Positions 48,434 to 57,894 are shown, numbered from the stretch's first letter. The stretch is 64,000 bases of DNA from Spirochaetia bacterium (GCA_965263295.1 OZ253665.1:736001-800000), one strand, 5' to 3'. The notes: generated by a model not told the origin, from the sequence alone. A program made the numbers and translations.

Positions 48434-50083
48434 ATGGCGGTAACATTTTTGGACACAACCTTGCGCGATGGTGCCCAGGGTATTGGGATCAGTTTTTCAT
48501 TACAGGATAAACTCGACATTACCGAGCGCCTCGATGCTTTTGGTATTGATTACATTGAAGGTGGTTTTCCGTTTGCCTCGGAACGCGAAATTGCATACTT
48601 TCGCCGCGCCCGCAGCTTAAATCTCAAGCACGCCCGATTGGTGGCTTTTGGCTCGACGCGCCGCCCTGGTGCCGATGCCGATCGCGATGCCCAGATGCAA
48701 GCCTTGCTGGAGGCCGAGACCCCCGCGGTGGTTATTGTCGCCAAGGGTTGGGACGCCCATGTCCGCCAGGTCATTGGCACGGACTTGGAAGAAAACTTGC
48801 GCATGATTGATGATTCTATCCGCTGTTTCAAGCGGCGAAACCGTGAAGTGATCATTGACATTGAGCATTTTTTTGACGGCTACTTCGTCAACCCCGACTA
48901 CTCTTTGCAAGTATTGCGCAGCGCGCTCAATGCGGGGGCGGACTGGGTTGTGCTTTGCGATACCAACGGCGGCATTTTACCGCAGCAGGTCGGCGATACT
49001 TTGGCTCAAGTCGCCCAAGAAAATGTTCCGTTGCAGCGCCTGGGCATTCATTGTCACAATGATACCGAGTGCGCCGTGGCATGCTCGTTGATGGCCGCGT
49101 CCGCCGGCGTCCGCCACCTTCACGGAACCATCAACGGTATCGGCGAGCGCTGCGGAAATGCCAATTTGGTATCCATTATTCCCAATATTGCCCTAAAGAT
49201 GGGCCTGGATTCTCAGTGCCGACCGCAGCTTTCAGGCCTGACTCAATTGTCGCGTTATGTCAGTGAAAAGTGTAATTTGGTGCCGGACCGCAAGCAACCT
49301 TATGTCGGCGATGCCGCTTTTGGCCACAAGGCGGGCCAACATGCAGATGTAATCTCTAAAGATTCAGTCCTGATGGAACATATTGCCAGTGCCCTGGTGG
49401 GCAATCAGCGCCATTTGGTTGTCTCCGAGCTGGCTGGCCGCGCTTCGGTATTGCCGCTGCTGCAAAAACTGGGAAAGCCTCTGGGACGGAGCTTTGATAA
49501 GGGTTCTCCCGAAGTCAAGGAGTTGATTCGGCGCATTAAGGCCCGCGAATCCCAAGGCTACCTCTACGAGGCCGCAGAGGCCTCGCTGGAGTTGGAGACT
49601 CGCCGTGTGCTGAAGATTTATCAGCCGCTGTTTGAGTTGACCAATTATCACATTGAGATTTTTCGCACCAGCGAGTTTGTCAGCCAGACAGTGGGGCGGC
49701 TTTTCCTCAAGGCCCCCTGTCACGACGGGGCGACCTTGCTGGACCTGATGGGGGCCGGGGTCGGCGAGGGGCCTGTGGCCATGCTGGACGCCGCCATTCG
49801 CAATGCACTTTCGTTGCGCCATATCGATGCGCAATCCGCAGGGAGCGAGCAGATACATTTTGCCTGGCTAGAGGAGCTTTCACTGATTGATTACCGCGTG
49901 CGCGTCATCAACCCAGAAGAGGCCGCGAATGCCCGCGTTCGGGTTGTGATTTCCTCTCGGTGCGAGCGCGATTCGCAGAGCTGGGACACCGTGGGAGTTT
50001 CGCAAAATATCGTCGATGCTTCACTGGAAGCCTTGAAGGACTCCTACGATTATTTTTACAACCGTTTTGTTTTGCGGGACTGA
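48434..50083 (+). CDS. cimA: Citramalate synthase (LeuA/CimA family)
   Basis: DTTLRDGAQ, AFGSTRR, EHFFDGY, LCDTNGG, HCHND, GERCGNA, R.V domain ending W.TVGVS.NI..AS..AL; start ATG 48434 with GGGGA RBS. Confidence 0.85.
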   Translation: MAVTFLDTTLRDGAQGIGISFSLQDKLDITERLDAFGIDYIEGGFPFASEREIAYFRRARSLNLKHARLVAFGSTRRPGADADRDAQMQALLEAETPAVVIVAKGWDAHVRQVIGTDLEENLRMIDDSIRCFKRRNREVIIDIEHFFDGYFVNPDYSLQVLRSALNAGADWVVLCDTNGGILPQQVGDTLAQVAQENVPLQRLGIHCHNDTECAVACSLMAASAGVRHLHGTINGIGERCGNANLVSIIPNIALKMGLDSQCRPQLSGLTQLSRYVSEKCNLVPDRKQPYVGDAAFGHKAGQHADVISKDSVLMEHIASALVGNQRHLVVSELAGRASVLPLLQKLGKPLGRSFDKGSPEVKELIRRIKARESQGYLYEAAEASLELETRRVLKIYQPLFELTNYHIEIFRTSEFVSQTVGRLFLKAPCHDGATLLDLMGAGVGEGPVAMLDAAIRNALSLRHIDAQSAGSEQIHFAWLEELSLIDYRVRVINPEEAANARVRVVISSRCERDSQSWDTVGVSQNIVDASLEALKDSYDYFYNRFVLRD

Positions 50084-50085
50084 CG

Positions 50086-51180
50086 ATGCGTATTTTAGGT
50101 ATAGAAAGTTCTTGCGATGAATGCGCCGCCGCCGTGGTCGAGGATGCGCGGATAGTACGATCCAATATCGTGGCCTCACAGATTGAACAACACAAGCTGT
50201 ATGACGGCGTCGTGCCTGAAATCGCGGCGCGCCTGCACTGCGAATGGATTCAGAACGTTTGTGCCGAGGCCCTGCAGCAGGCAGGTTGCAGCCTGAATGA
50301 TATTGATGTCATTGCCGTCACGACACAGCCGGGCATGATTGGCGCTCTGCTCGTTGGCCTTTCCTTCGCCAAAGGACTGGCCTGGGCCACGGGCAAACCT
50401 TTGGTTGGTGTCGATCATATTCTAGCCCACTTGTACGTGCCGCGTATAGAGGCGGAAGGCAGCGCCGAGCCACTGCTCTATCCATACATAGGCCTGCTGG
50501 TTTCCGGCGGTCACACGATGATTTGTGTCGTGCATTCCTTCTGCGAAGTTGAGGTGCTGGGAGCCAGTATTGACGATGCTTGTGGCGAAGCCTTTGATAA
50601 GGTGGCCAAATTTTATGGCCTGGGCTACCCCGGCGGTGCTGCCATTGATGGCCTTGTAAAAAATAATGGCGGTGATGAAACAGCTTATGTGTTTCCCCAG
50701 CCGAGGCTGAAGAACAGCCGTCGCGAGCTGGACGTTTCGTTTTCCGGTTTAAAAACTGCCGCCATCTGGCAGTGTTCGCAGTTTTTGCAGCCAGGTAAAG
50801 ACGGCAAACTGGAGAATTTGTTGGCTTCTTACCAGAAAGCGATTGTCGACATGCTCTTGGATCGAGTTTTGCGAGCAGCCGAGCATACGGGAATAAGGAG
50901 GGTGGCGATCGGTGGCGGCGTAGCCGCCAACAGTTACTTGCGCACCCAACTGGCTAATTTGCGCGCCGGCGGTGCCTGGGATATCCGTACGCCGAATTTG
51001 AAGTATTGTACGGATAACGCCGTCATGATCGCGGCTATCGCTTGGGAGTATGCGCGGGAGGGGCGCTATGCCGGCCTGGATTGCTCTGCCCATTCGCGGG
51101 TTGAGGGCTTCCGTTCCATGCCGGCCAAAAACCGCAAGTCCCAGTCTGCGCGTCGAAATGCCGCTGCTAAAAAAGTTTAA
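50086..51180 (+). CDS. tsaD: tRNA N6-adenosine threonylcarbamoyltransferase
   Basis: MRILGIESSCDE, GVVPE.AAR.H, H..AH, LVSGGHT, GEAFDK, GGVAAN, TDNA.MI; start ATG 50086. Confidence 0.96.
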   Translation: MRILGIESSCDECAAAVVEDARIVRSNIVASQIEQHKLYDGVVPEIAARLHCEWIQNVCAEALQQAGCSLNDIDVIAVTTQPGMIGALLVGLSFAKGLAWATGKPLVGVDHILAHLYVPRIEAEGSAEPLLYPYIGLLVSGGHTMICVVHSFCEVEVLGASIDDACGEAFDKVAKFYGLGYPGGAAIDGLVKNNGGDETAYVFPQPRLKNSRRELDVSFSGLKTAAIWQCSQFLQPGKDGKLENLLASYQKAIVDMLLDRVLRAAEHTGIRRVAIGGGVAANSYLRTQLANLRAGGAWDIRTPNLKYCTDNAVMIAAIAWEYAREGRYAGLDCSAHSRVEGFRSMPAKNRKSQSARRNAAAKKV

Positions 51181-51333
51181 GCAAGTTTAATTTTGACTAA
51201 CCTTGACTTATAGACGGCCATGCACTCGCAGACCTTTTTTTTTGGGGGGGGGAGGGCGGCCCAATCGCCGAGGTTTCTCTCGTGCTTGCATTTGAAATGA
51301 GAATTATTGAAATGGAACCACTGAAACAGGAGC

Positions 51334-52845
51334 TTGTGGGGCAAGATCGTGGCAAGGGAAATTGTGGCAAGAGAAATCGTGAAACGGGAAATCGTGAAAA
51401 AAGAACTTGGGTTTAAGGCTTCGGGGAGGACAGAAAAACTTGCCAGAGTAAGACAGAGCGGAACTCAGCGTGGCGCTGCCGGCCGTGGCGACACGTTCTT
51501 AGGGGGGGCTTTATTGATTCTGGTGCTGACGGGACTGTCGTTATTTCTAGCTTGGGCCCAGGATTCACCGCCGACTGCGCCTGAGGATGAAGTACCGGAT
51601 GAGGCACCGTATGAGACACCAATGGAGGCGCCAATGGAGGCGCCACAAGAATCTCAAATTCCTCCACAAAAACAACTTAAATCTAAACCGGCTCAAGGTG
51701 AATCTCGTGCCCGCAGGGACGCAAATGCTCTTACAGCAGATTCGGCGAATGCCGTTGACAGCGAGGAAGCCCCGCAGTCGTCGCAGGGACTTTGGTACCG
51801 TTCGAATCAACTCGGCATGGCGTTAGAGCAACTGGACGATCCGCGTGATATTTCTTTGCAGGAGTGGGGGCTGGAAGTCGAACGCACGACACAGCAACGT
51901 TTGAAGACCCTGTATTATCGCGGCCAGCCGCGCGACACTTGGGTTTTGACTTATCGCAAGGGCAAGGCTTTTCAGGAACAGCATAAACGTAATGGGGTGT
52001 TGCTCGAAAATCGTTTTTTTGACGAAGAGACGGGTTATCTTGCCGAAATTGGCACCTATTCGGTTGCCAGTGGCGAGCTGCGCGAGCGCGAGCTGTTTTT
52101 TTATAATCAAAGCGGCCACTTGTTGCGCAGTATGCTCTACGATGAGTCGGGCCAGCTGGCCAGGGAAACCACTTTTCGCCTGGATGGGAGTGGGCAGCTG
52201 GTCAAGCTAAAAGTTCATATGAATACCAAGAAGTATGATCTCGTGCAGTATCAGTTACCTGGCTTGGATACCTTTATTCGCAATGACAAACAAAATCACA
52301 AGTATCTCGTCCGTCTCTTCGACAGCCAGCGGCGCAATACCAGCCAAATTGTCTACAATAATAATGTCATAGCTAAACGCACGAATTTTGAGTATGCTGC
52401 CAATGGTACTTTACTGCGCGAAATTGTAACTGAAGACAGGAAAGCCACTCAATATGATTATAACTCTGCCGGTTTATTATTGCAAAAACAAATATGGTCA
52501 GAAGATATTCTCTCTGAAACCGAAATTTATAAATATGACCGTTTGGGGCGTTTGGGCGTTCAGAAGGTGAACTTGTGGACGGAAAACAGCAGTACAGAAG
52601 AGCGCTATACGTATTTGAAGCAAACTAAGGATCTGCAGAAAATTGAGTTTTTTATTGATGACAAGCTTGATAAGATTCGTACATATACTAGCGGGCATGC
52701 TTACTATGAAGAGTTGTACATCCATGAAAAACCTGTGGCTAAAGTTTATTACAATTATGATGATCAGCTTCATACCGAAGTGACTTTTCAAAATGTTTCC
52801 AAACCCGAAAACTATAATAAATTTTTTGCCATAACAAAAGAGTAG
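51334..52845 (+). CDS. Exported hypothetical protein with YD/MORN-like beta-hairpin repeats
   Basis: Hydrophobic segment ending LAWAQ, Pro/Glu-rich linker, repeated Y/F-x-x-x-G-x-L units (YNQSGHL, YDESGQL, YNSAGLL, YDRLGRL); start uncertain. Confidence 0.65.
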   Translation: MWGKIVAREIVAREIVKREIVKKELGFKASGRTEKLARVRQSGTQRGAAGRGDTFLGGALLILVLTGLSLFLAWAQDSPPTAPEDEVPDEAPYETPMEAPMEAPQESQIPPQKQLKSKPAQGESRARRDANALTADSANAVDSEEAPQSSQGLWYRSNQLGMALEQLDDPRDISLQEWGLEVERTTQQRLKTLYYRGQPRDTWVLTYRKGKAFQEQHKRNGVLLENRFFDEETGYLAEIGTYSVASGELRERELFFYNQSGHLLRSMLYDESGQLARETTFRLDGSGQLVKLKVHMNTKKYDLVQYQLPGLDTFIRNDKQNHKYLVRLFDSQRRNTSQIVYNNNVIAKRTNFEYAANGTLLREIVTEDRKATQYDYNSAGLLLQKQIWSEDILSETEIYKYDRLGRLGVQKVNLWTENSSTEERYTYLKQTKDLQKIEFFIDDKLDKIRTYTSGHAYYEELYIHEKPVAKVYYNYDDQLHTEVTFQNVSKPENYNKFFAITKE

Positions 52846-52861
52846 GCTAGGGCCAGATAGA

Positions 52862-54157
52862 GTGGGACAAGTTCAAAGGCAGAGATCGAAAATAAAACGT
52901 CAAAGTCACAGCGTCATTTGGTTGCTGTGGTTAGTCGGCAGGTATTGGCTCGGTCGCAGTCGAGTTCATGCCGTCTCTTCCTTGTGGCTGGCGACCTTGG
53001 GGATTATGATCGGGGTTGCCACATTAATAGCGGTATTGACGGGCATGAGCGGCCTGCAGAGTGTGCTCACAGATTCAATTGAAGAAGTTACGGCCTATCA
53101 CCTACAGCTCATCGTCGAAACGAAGGCAGATAGCTTGATGCTGGAGCAACTCTTGCGACAAGAGCACGAAGTTGAAAATGTTACCCGCTGGCGCGAAGCT
53201 CCGATGTTACTGAACTCTGAATACGGCGAAGCGGTCATTGCCATTGTACGGGCCGTCGATCCCATCCATTTTATGCGGGATCGACGTCGCGCTGAAATAA
53301 TGCAAACCTTTGGGGCAATACGCGATGATGATTTGGCACAGTCAGGTCACATGTGGATCGGGCACAGCTTTTCTTACGAGAATGGCTTTACGGAAGGGGA
53401 TAGTATTCAGGTTATCAGCGCTGAGCATTTAGGGTCAAGGATTACGGCTCAGCAGCACAATTTTCTAGTCAGTGCGATCTATAGTTTGGGCAATCTAAAT
53501 GTCGAAAAAAACTATGTTTTTATCGGTTTGGATCCTTCAGTAGAGGGACTGTTTAACAGTGATGAATTTTTCCTGGGATTGAAACTTAAACGCAAGGGGC
53601 AGGCGTTGTCTTGCAAACGTCAGTTGCAACAAAAATTAATGGCGATGCAGCAAAACGGAAAAATAGGGCGGTTTCAATTGCGCACTGGACAAGAGGCCAA
53701 CCAAGCATTTTTTAATGCCTTACACACAGAAAAGTTATTTTTACAAATACTTGTCAGCCTGATTTTTATTGTTGTAGCCTTTCAGATTTATCAATCAACC
53801 CGGCGCACAGTATATGCCCGTATTCCTGAGTTAATGTTATTGCGAGCTTTGGGGGCCAGGCAAATTGAGGTTCGTTGCATTTTTCTTGTGGAAAGCCTGC
53901 TCGTTGGTCTTTTGGGCGTTGGTTTAGGGGTGCTGTGTGGCGTTGTGATTAGTCGGTATATAAATCAGATTCTATTGGGGGTCAGTAAGCTTTTGTTTCA
54001 AACCCCGGGCCTGATACCCAGTATTTCTACCAAGATACTTAGTTCTGATTTGTTGGTGATCGCGGGCTCAGCCCTCGTATTTAGCAGTGTCGCTGGTTGG
54101 TTGGCTACGCGTAGTTTGCTCCAAGTCAGCCCAATGAAGGTGTTGAGAAATGAATAA
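52862..54157 (+). CDS. lolC: LolC/E-family ABC permease
   Basis: GIMIGVATLI.VL..M.G, EK.....L..LI..V, E...LRALGA, P..VLRNE C-terminus. Confidence 0.8.
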   Translation: MGQVQRQRSKIKRQSHSVIWLLWLVGRYWLGRSRVHAVSSLWLATLGIMIGVATLIAVLTGMSGLQSVLTDSIEEVTAYHLQLIVETKADSLMLEQLLRQEHEVENVTRWREAPMLLNSEYGEAVIAIVRAVDPIHFMRDRRRAEIMQTFGAIRDDDLAQSGHMWIGHSFSYENGFTEGDSIQVISAEHLGSRITAQQHNFLVSAIYSLGNLNVEKNYVFIGLDPSVEGLFNSDEFFLGLKLKRKGQALSCKRQLQQKLMAMQQNGKIGRFQLRTGQEANQAFFNALHTEKLFLQILVSLIFIVVAFQIYQSTRRTVYARIPELMLLRALGARQIEVRCIFLVESLLVGLLGVGLGVLCGVVISRYINQILLGVSKLLFQTPGLIPSISTKILSSDLLVIAGSALVFSSVAGWLATRSLLQVSPMKVLRNE

Positions 54158-54256
54158 TCAGCAGTATTAGAACAAGCAAGGCTTCGTAGGGGTTTTTATT
54201 GGGGAGATTCTCCTTCATCCGCTTCAACACGTTCGCGGGGTCTCGCGGTACTTACT

Positions 54257-54484
54257 CTTGATGTAATTGTCACTACACATAATCCTGCAATATTAGATGC
54301 CGCCGGCCCTGAAATGATACCTTTTATTGCGGTTATACACAGAGATCAATTATCTGGGGCAAGTAAAATAACCCAGATGGAAGATTTAAATCATCTTCCC
54401 AAATTGATGTCATGGGGCTCTTTGGGGAAGCTTTCTGCCAATGGTAAAATTGAGAACGCCCTAGATAAGGAAGCGGTCCAATGA
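54257..54484 (+). pseudogene. C-terminal remnant of an AAA_21/ABC-type ATPase
   Basis: Not in ORF track. Frame reads LDVIVTTHNPAILDAAGPEMIPFIAVIHRD...ALDKEAVQ*; H-loop (TTH.P) present, Walker A/B missing; TGA overlaps next ATG (ATGA). Confidence 0.75.
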
Positions 54485-55005
54485 AGAAAGTTTTAATTAT
54501 TGATACAAGTATTCTTTGTGTCTGGCTGGAGGTTCCAGGAAAGGATAGTTGTGGCCCTAAAGATGATTAATGGAATAAAGATTGAGTCGATAAGAAGATC
54601 AAGGAAGACAAATCTGCTGGAACGACATTTGTCCTTCCTTTGGCTACCATAATAGAAACAGGAAATCATATTGCTCAAGCTCACCAATTACGATACAAAT
54701 GCGCTGGTAAGCTAGCCCAAATAATGCAGAAGGTTGCACATGAAACAAAGCCTTGGGCTGCATTTTCAGCCCAAATTGATCTATGGTCAAATGAAAACTT
54801 TATAGCTCTCGCCGAGAAATGGCCAGAATTCGCCGCGAGGAAACTGTCATTGGGTGATGTGACAATAGTAGACGTAGCAAAATATTACGAAAAAATAGAT
54901 TCCTTGAGCGTTGAGATTCTAACTGCTGATAAAGGTTTAAAAACATATGAACCGGGTCAACCTACGACTGAAGTTCCAAAGCCCAGAAGAAGACAGAGAA
55001 AATAA
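54481..55005 (+). pseudogene. PIN-like domain protein with two in-frame stops
   Basis: MKKVLIIDTSILCVWLEVPGK...DD*WNKD*VDKK... in frame with track ORF 54640-55005; stops TAA 54568 and TGA 54583; IDTS, ETGNH, SLGD, T.D PIN-like acidic motifs. Confidence 0.75.
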
Positions 55006-55180
55006 TGGTCTTTGATGTAAAAAGTGTAACCTTTTGACAAGGCCGAGCTAGTGGAATGAGTGAGCGGTGGCAAGCCCCACAGCCAGACTTGCCCTTTAGC
55101 TATTTTTAGTGAAAATAATTGAGCGTAAATTTCATGGGACTAATCTTAGTATTATATATAATAAGGATGTTTTAAGACAA

Positions 55181-55900
55181 ATGTATGTCAACAACCACAC
55201 AGATTTGATAGCGGTTGATGGGCTGTGTAAGTCTTACCTTTCAGGTTCTGAGCGTATTAAAATTTTGCAAAATCTGCAACTGCGTATACCCAAGGCTGTT
55301 TCCCTGGCTATTTTGGGTCAGAGTGGCAGCGGCAAAAGTACTTTTTTGAACTTGCTAGGTGGTTTAGACCGAGCTGACTCGGGAGAAATTTTCTGTGCCG
55401 GGGAAAATTTGAGTAACTATAGCGAAGCCCAATTGACGGTTTATCGCCAGAGATTTGTCGGTTTTATTTTCCAGCATCACTACATGCTGAAAGACTTGAC
55501 CGCTTTGGAAAACGTGATGCTGCCGGCGCGAATTGCTGGAAAATCGCGCTCACAGAGTGAAAAACGGGCCAAAGAATTACTGCAAGCTCTGAATTTAGGG
55601 GCTCGCATGAAACACTTACCGCACATGCTTTCTGGCGGCGAGCGCCAGCGCGTCGCAGTGGTCAGAGCTCTGATAAATGAACCTAAATTTGTGCTGGCTG
55701 ACGAGCCAACAGGAAGTTTGGATCAAGAAAATGCCCTGCTTGTAGCTAAGCTTTTGTTTTCTCTTTGCCGCGAACGGGATACGACGATGGTGCTTGTAAC
55801 CCACGAAGCCAGCCTTTGCGCTATGGCTGATCTGCATTATAACTTGGAAAATATGAATTTGGTGCTTCAAGCTGACAATTCAGGGAGGCAAAACCATTGA
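55181..55900 (+). CDS. lolD: Lipoprotein-releasing ABC ATPase
   Basis: GQSGSGKST, GFIFQ.H, LSGGERQRVA, LADEPTG.LD, VTH; start ATG 55181 (AAGGA RBS). Confidence 0.88.
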   Translation: MYVNNHTDLIAVDGLCKSYLSGSERIKILQNLQLRIPKAVSLAILGQSGSGKSTFLNLLGGLDRADSGEIFCAGENLSNYSEAQLTVYRQRFVGFIFQHHYMLKDLTALENVMLPARIAGKSRSQSEKRAKELLQALNLGARMKHLPHMLSGGERQRVAVVRALINEPKFVLADEPTGSLDQENALLVAKLLFSLCRERDTTMVLVTHEASLCAMADLHYNLENMNLVLQADNSGRQNH

Positions 55901-57207
55901 AGTTGCTTAGATTACCTCTAAGTCTGGAATTGGCAAGCGCTATGTTACTGCGCAGAAATTGCCGTAAATTTAAAGATTCACCAATGTTTGCAGCTTTTAT
56001 CGGTATTACTTTGAGTATTATACCATTTGTCCTTGTCGTCGAAGTTTCAGATAGTATGATCTCGGGAATTATGAACCGCTATATTGAAACCTTTTACTCT
56101 CATATCATATTACGTTTTTATAATTCATCCGCAAAGCAAGAAATACAAGATTTGCAACGGCGTATTTTACAGTTGGAAAATGTACGAATGACTTACAAAG
56201 AGCGCAGCGGTGTTGCTCTGTTAATTGCCCGAAAATCGCGTACACCTGTGCAGATAAGAGCTCTAGAGGCACAAGCTTTTACTGAAGACCAAGGCTTGCA
56301 GCGCTACCTGAAAGTGATTTCGGGGGCTTGGGAATTGTCTTCTGGCTCTATTTTGTTAGCCAATGATGTGGCTTTTAAGTTAGGCATCCAAGTTGGCGAT
56401 GAGGTGACTTTGTTGATGGGAGCAAGGTTTGGCCGCAGTCAACAGTTGCGACCCAAAATTGAGAAATTTCTAGTACGTGGCATTGTGAGTACCGGATATC
56501 AGGAATTGGATCACTTGTGGGCCTTTATTTCTTATAATGATGCCACATCTTTTTTTCACGATAGCAATAGTGAGTTACAGTTGCACATTAAAATTGCTGA
56601 TGCTTTTGATTTTGGGCTACTAAATCAAACTCTGCGCCAAGTGCAGAGTTTGATTAGTTCGGGATTGGCGAGGGCGCGAAGTTGGTATAACCAGGCGGCT
56701 GAGTTGCGTCAGTCCTACCAGTTTACCAAGTCTATATTGGTGTATATCATGTATTTAATTGTTGCAGTAGGGACTGTTAACATAACTTCTTCAATGGTTA
56801 TGCTGGTCTTGGAGAATCGTGCAGAGATTGCTATTATGAAAACTTTTGGTGCCAATAAAGCGCTGATTCGCAATATTTATATCTGGATAGCAATTCTAGT
56901 CAGTGTGGTGGCGATCTTTTGCGGCGTGAGTCTGGGGATTTTAATTTCTTACTTCATTAATGAAATTATATTAGTAATAAACACTTCTATACAGGTTATT
57001 GCAAATCTTTGCAATAATGTCGACAATCAACTGGATTTATTGGATAAATCTTTTTATCTGGAACGCATACCGATCCGTCTACAAATACTCCCTCTGATCT
57101 TAATCAGTGTTTTTGTGTTATTGCTGAGTTTTATTTTTTCTCTTATGCCTGCTTTGCGGGCTGCCAATATGCTGCCATTAACAATCTTGCGTCAAAACCG
57201 TTCATAA
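55897..57207 (+). CDS. lolE: LolC/E-family ABC permease
   Basis: Overlaps lolD stop; GI.STGY.ELD, V..VN..S...MLV.E...EIAI.K..GA, FYL..IP, PA.RAA. Confidence 0.8.
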   Translation: MKLLRLPLSLELASAMLLRRNCRKFKDSPMFAAFIGITLSIIPFVLVVEVSDSMISGIMNRYIETFYSHIILRFYNSSAKQEIQDLQRRILQLENVRMTYKERSGVALLIARKSRTPVQIRALEAQAFTEDQGLQRYLKVISGAWELSSGSILLANDVAFKLGIQVGDEVTLLMGARFGRSQQLRPKIEKFLVRGIVSTGYQELDHLWAFISYNDATSFFHDSNSELQLHIKIADAFDFGLLNQTLRQVQSLISSGLARARSWYNQAAELRQSYQFTKSILVYIMYLIVAVGTVNITSSMVMLVLENRAEIAIMKTFGANKALIRNIYIWIAILVSVVAIFCGVSLGILISYFINEIILVINTSIQVIANLCNNVDNQLDLLDKSFYLERIPIRLQILPLILISVFVLLLSFIFSLMPALRAANMLPLTILRQNRS

Positions 57208-57253
57208 ATTCTGATATATGAGAATTCATGAACGATAACCTTTGCTTTATAAG

Positions 57254-57277
57254 ACCCTCCTGTGAATTCAGGAGGGT
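57254..57277. terminator. Hairpin between convergent lolE and sod
   Basis: ACCCTCCTG-6 nt-CAGGAGGGT perfect 9-bp stem. Confidence 0.65.
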
Positions 57278-57291
57278 TAATTCAGGGGGAT

Positions 57292-57894
57292 TTACGAGAC
57301 TAGCGCAGCCTCTGCGAAGGCCCAGTTGACCATATGATCCAAAAAGCTGACGACAAAGTCCAAGCGCCTATTTTGGTAGTCCAGATAGTAAGAATGTTCC
57401 CAAACATCCAGACCTACCAGAGCTTTTTTGCCATGGATCAAAGGGTTTTCCCCATTGGGTGTTTTCATAACTTCCAGCCGCTCGCCATCTTGCACAAGCC
57501 ACGCCCAGCCACTGCCGAACTGCCCCATGGCCGCATTCTGGAACTGCTCTTTAAAACCTTCAAAACTACCGAAATCCCGCTTTATCCTCTGAAGCAATTC
57601 AGCGCCGGGCATACCTCCGCCCTGAGGTTTCATATTGTTCCAAAATAAGATATGGTTCCAATTCTGAGCTGCGTTGTTAAACAAGGCGTCATTTTTTTTG
57701 TAGCTTTCAACCACAATTTTTTCTAAACTTTCCTTAGTCGGGGGCAGCTGCTCCCACGGCGAACCTTCCAGCAAGCTATTGAGCTTGGTGACGTATGCAT
57801 TATGGTGTTTGCCATGATGAAATTCTAACGTCCTTTTCGACATGTGGGGTTCAAGAGCATTTAATTCATATGGCAACTCAGTTAATTTAAACAC
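57292..57894 (-). CDS. sodB: Fe/Mn superoxide dismutase, probably Fe-type
   Basis: LPY..NALEP, HHGKHH, FNNAAQ.WNH (Fe-type), FGSGWAWL, DVWEHSYY; GTG start 57894 with AGGAG RBS. Confidence 0.9.
   Translation of the reverse strand: MFKLTELPYELNALEPHMSKRTLEFHHGKHHNAYVTKLNSLLEGSPWEQLPPTKESLEKIVVESYKKNDALFNNAAQNWNHILFWNNMKPQGGGMPGAELLQRIKRDFGSFEGFKEQFQNAAMGQFGSGWAWLVQDGERLEVMKTPNGENPLIHGKKALVGLDVWEHSYYLDYQNRRLDFVVSFLDHMVNWAFAEAALVS

Noticed and set aside
49960..50085. N-terminal extensions in the ORF track for tsaD (also sod, dhaK, lolD, cimA)
   Set aside because: Extensions overlap neighbours or lack homology; downstream starts match family N-termini and mostly have an RBS
51334..52845. RHS/YD polymorphic toxin
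   Set aside because: Too short, no PxxxxDPxG core end, no toxin tip or immunity gene; sits in the lol operon
54568..54585. Stop-codon recoding or selenocysteine in the PIN-like gene
   Set aside because: One stop is TAA and one TGA, both are used as normal stops elsewhere in the window, and the upstream partner is truncated; pseudogenisation is simpler
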